Positions 63,367 through 64,000 of a stretch of DNA of 64,000 bases are shown here, one piece after another. The translations under genes were made by a program, and so were the position numbers. Numbering within the stretch: the stretch's first letter is position 1; every line of letters starts with the position of its first letter. Origin of the DNA: Lama guanicoe. Its lineage: Eukaryota. The notes below the pieces were generated by a model, which worked only from the letters and a program-made list of their open reading frames with translations, did not search any database and was not told where the DNA came from. The stretch covers positions 6,347,957-6,411,956 of the forward strand of contig MU053881.1 of the NCBI GenBank assembly GCA_013239625.1, read 5' to 3'.

Positions 63367-64000
63367 GAGGGATTCAGATCAAGATGCTGGAATAGAAGAA
63401 CATGGAGTTTATAAACATATCAAAAATATATCTATATTAGGAGAAATTCTCACTGAATACTAAATGGAGACTTGCTAAAAGACTCTTGTACAACCAAGGT
63501 TGTAAGAGAGATCCACATGGACTCAAGTAGGGAGGAAAGTGACATAATCAGGTCAAGACCTGTGCCCCTGGGAGGGGACAAAGAATAGGACGGGATCCTC
63601 CCTAGGGAGTGAGCAGTTCAAGCCACATATTAGGTGCCCCATCCATGTGGTCCAATACCAGTAAGACAAGTTGTCTTAGCTGGTTAGAAAACCAGTGGGA
63701 CTAACAGAAAGGCTGTAAGAAACCTAGATTCTGCTGGTGAAGGGCATGCACACACATGCTTATTCCTGAAACAAAGCAGAGAAAGAGTGAAACTGCCCTA
63801 GACTTTTGCATGTTTCCAGGAACTGTCCCAGTACAAGCACCAACCTGACTTAAACACCCACCCTGGCCCCGCATGTTTCACAACACAGCTCCACACTAGG
63901 GCTACAGCTGCAGCAGCCGAGGGGAGTGCTCAGTTGTGAGGGACAAAGGTGGCTCAAACCTGGGACAGGTTCTGAATAGGGTCATTACTGGTGCTTATGG
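63367..64000 (+). mobile_element. LINE-1 5' UTR, cetartiodactyl type (runs off the window end)
   Basis: Starts with tcaagatgctgga (decayed CAAGATGGCG YY1-type motif), then caaaaatatatcta and gacctgtgcccctgggaggg. There is an abrupt rise in GC content. Confidence 0.75.

Noticed and set aside
1..64000. CRISPR arrays, operons, miRNA/snRNA genes and naming of the host gene
   Set aside because: The DNA is eukaryotic, with no repeat-spacer array. I saw no match to the miRNA, U6 or Y RNA sequences I recall, and I could not confidently match the candidate exons to a known gene.

Overview
AT-rich mammalian genomic DNA, most likely from a camelid, judging by three copies of a tRNA-derived SINE resembling the camelid type and by cetartiodactyl-style L1 ends. 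No complete protein-coding gene is present, and the ORF track consists of decayed L1 fragments and chance ORFs. The window reads as the interior of one or more very large introns of a gene on the minus strand. The + strand is visibly A-rich, most L1 sequence and all three young SINEs lie on +, and the best splice-site pairs lie on -. I could not name the host gene. Much of the window is transposon-derived: L1s of several ages, L2, MIR, MLT1 LTRs, MER5/MER58/MER94, a Tigger2-type MITE and microsatellites, often nested. Repeat subfamily names come from recalled consensus sequences and need RepeatMasker confirmation. The most notable items are: (i) minus-strand candidate exons at 59982-60036 and 37293/37245-37411, whose only open frames join in frame, plus candidate microexons and an acceptor/donor juxtaposition; (ii) a 40-nt 3'-truncated 5S rRNA retrocopy inside an L1; (iii) an unexplained ~230 bp insert in an L1; (iv) candidate CTCF sites in convergent orientation; (v) target-site duplications that record CpG decay. 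I found no evidence of a wholly new biological system.
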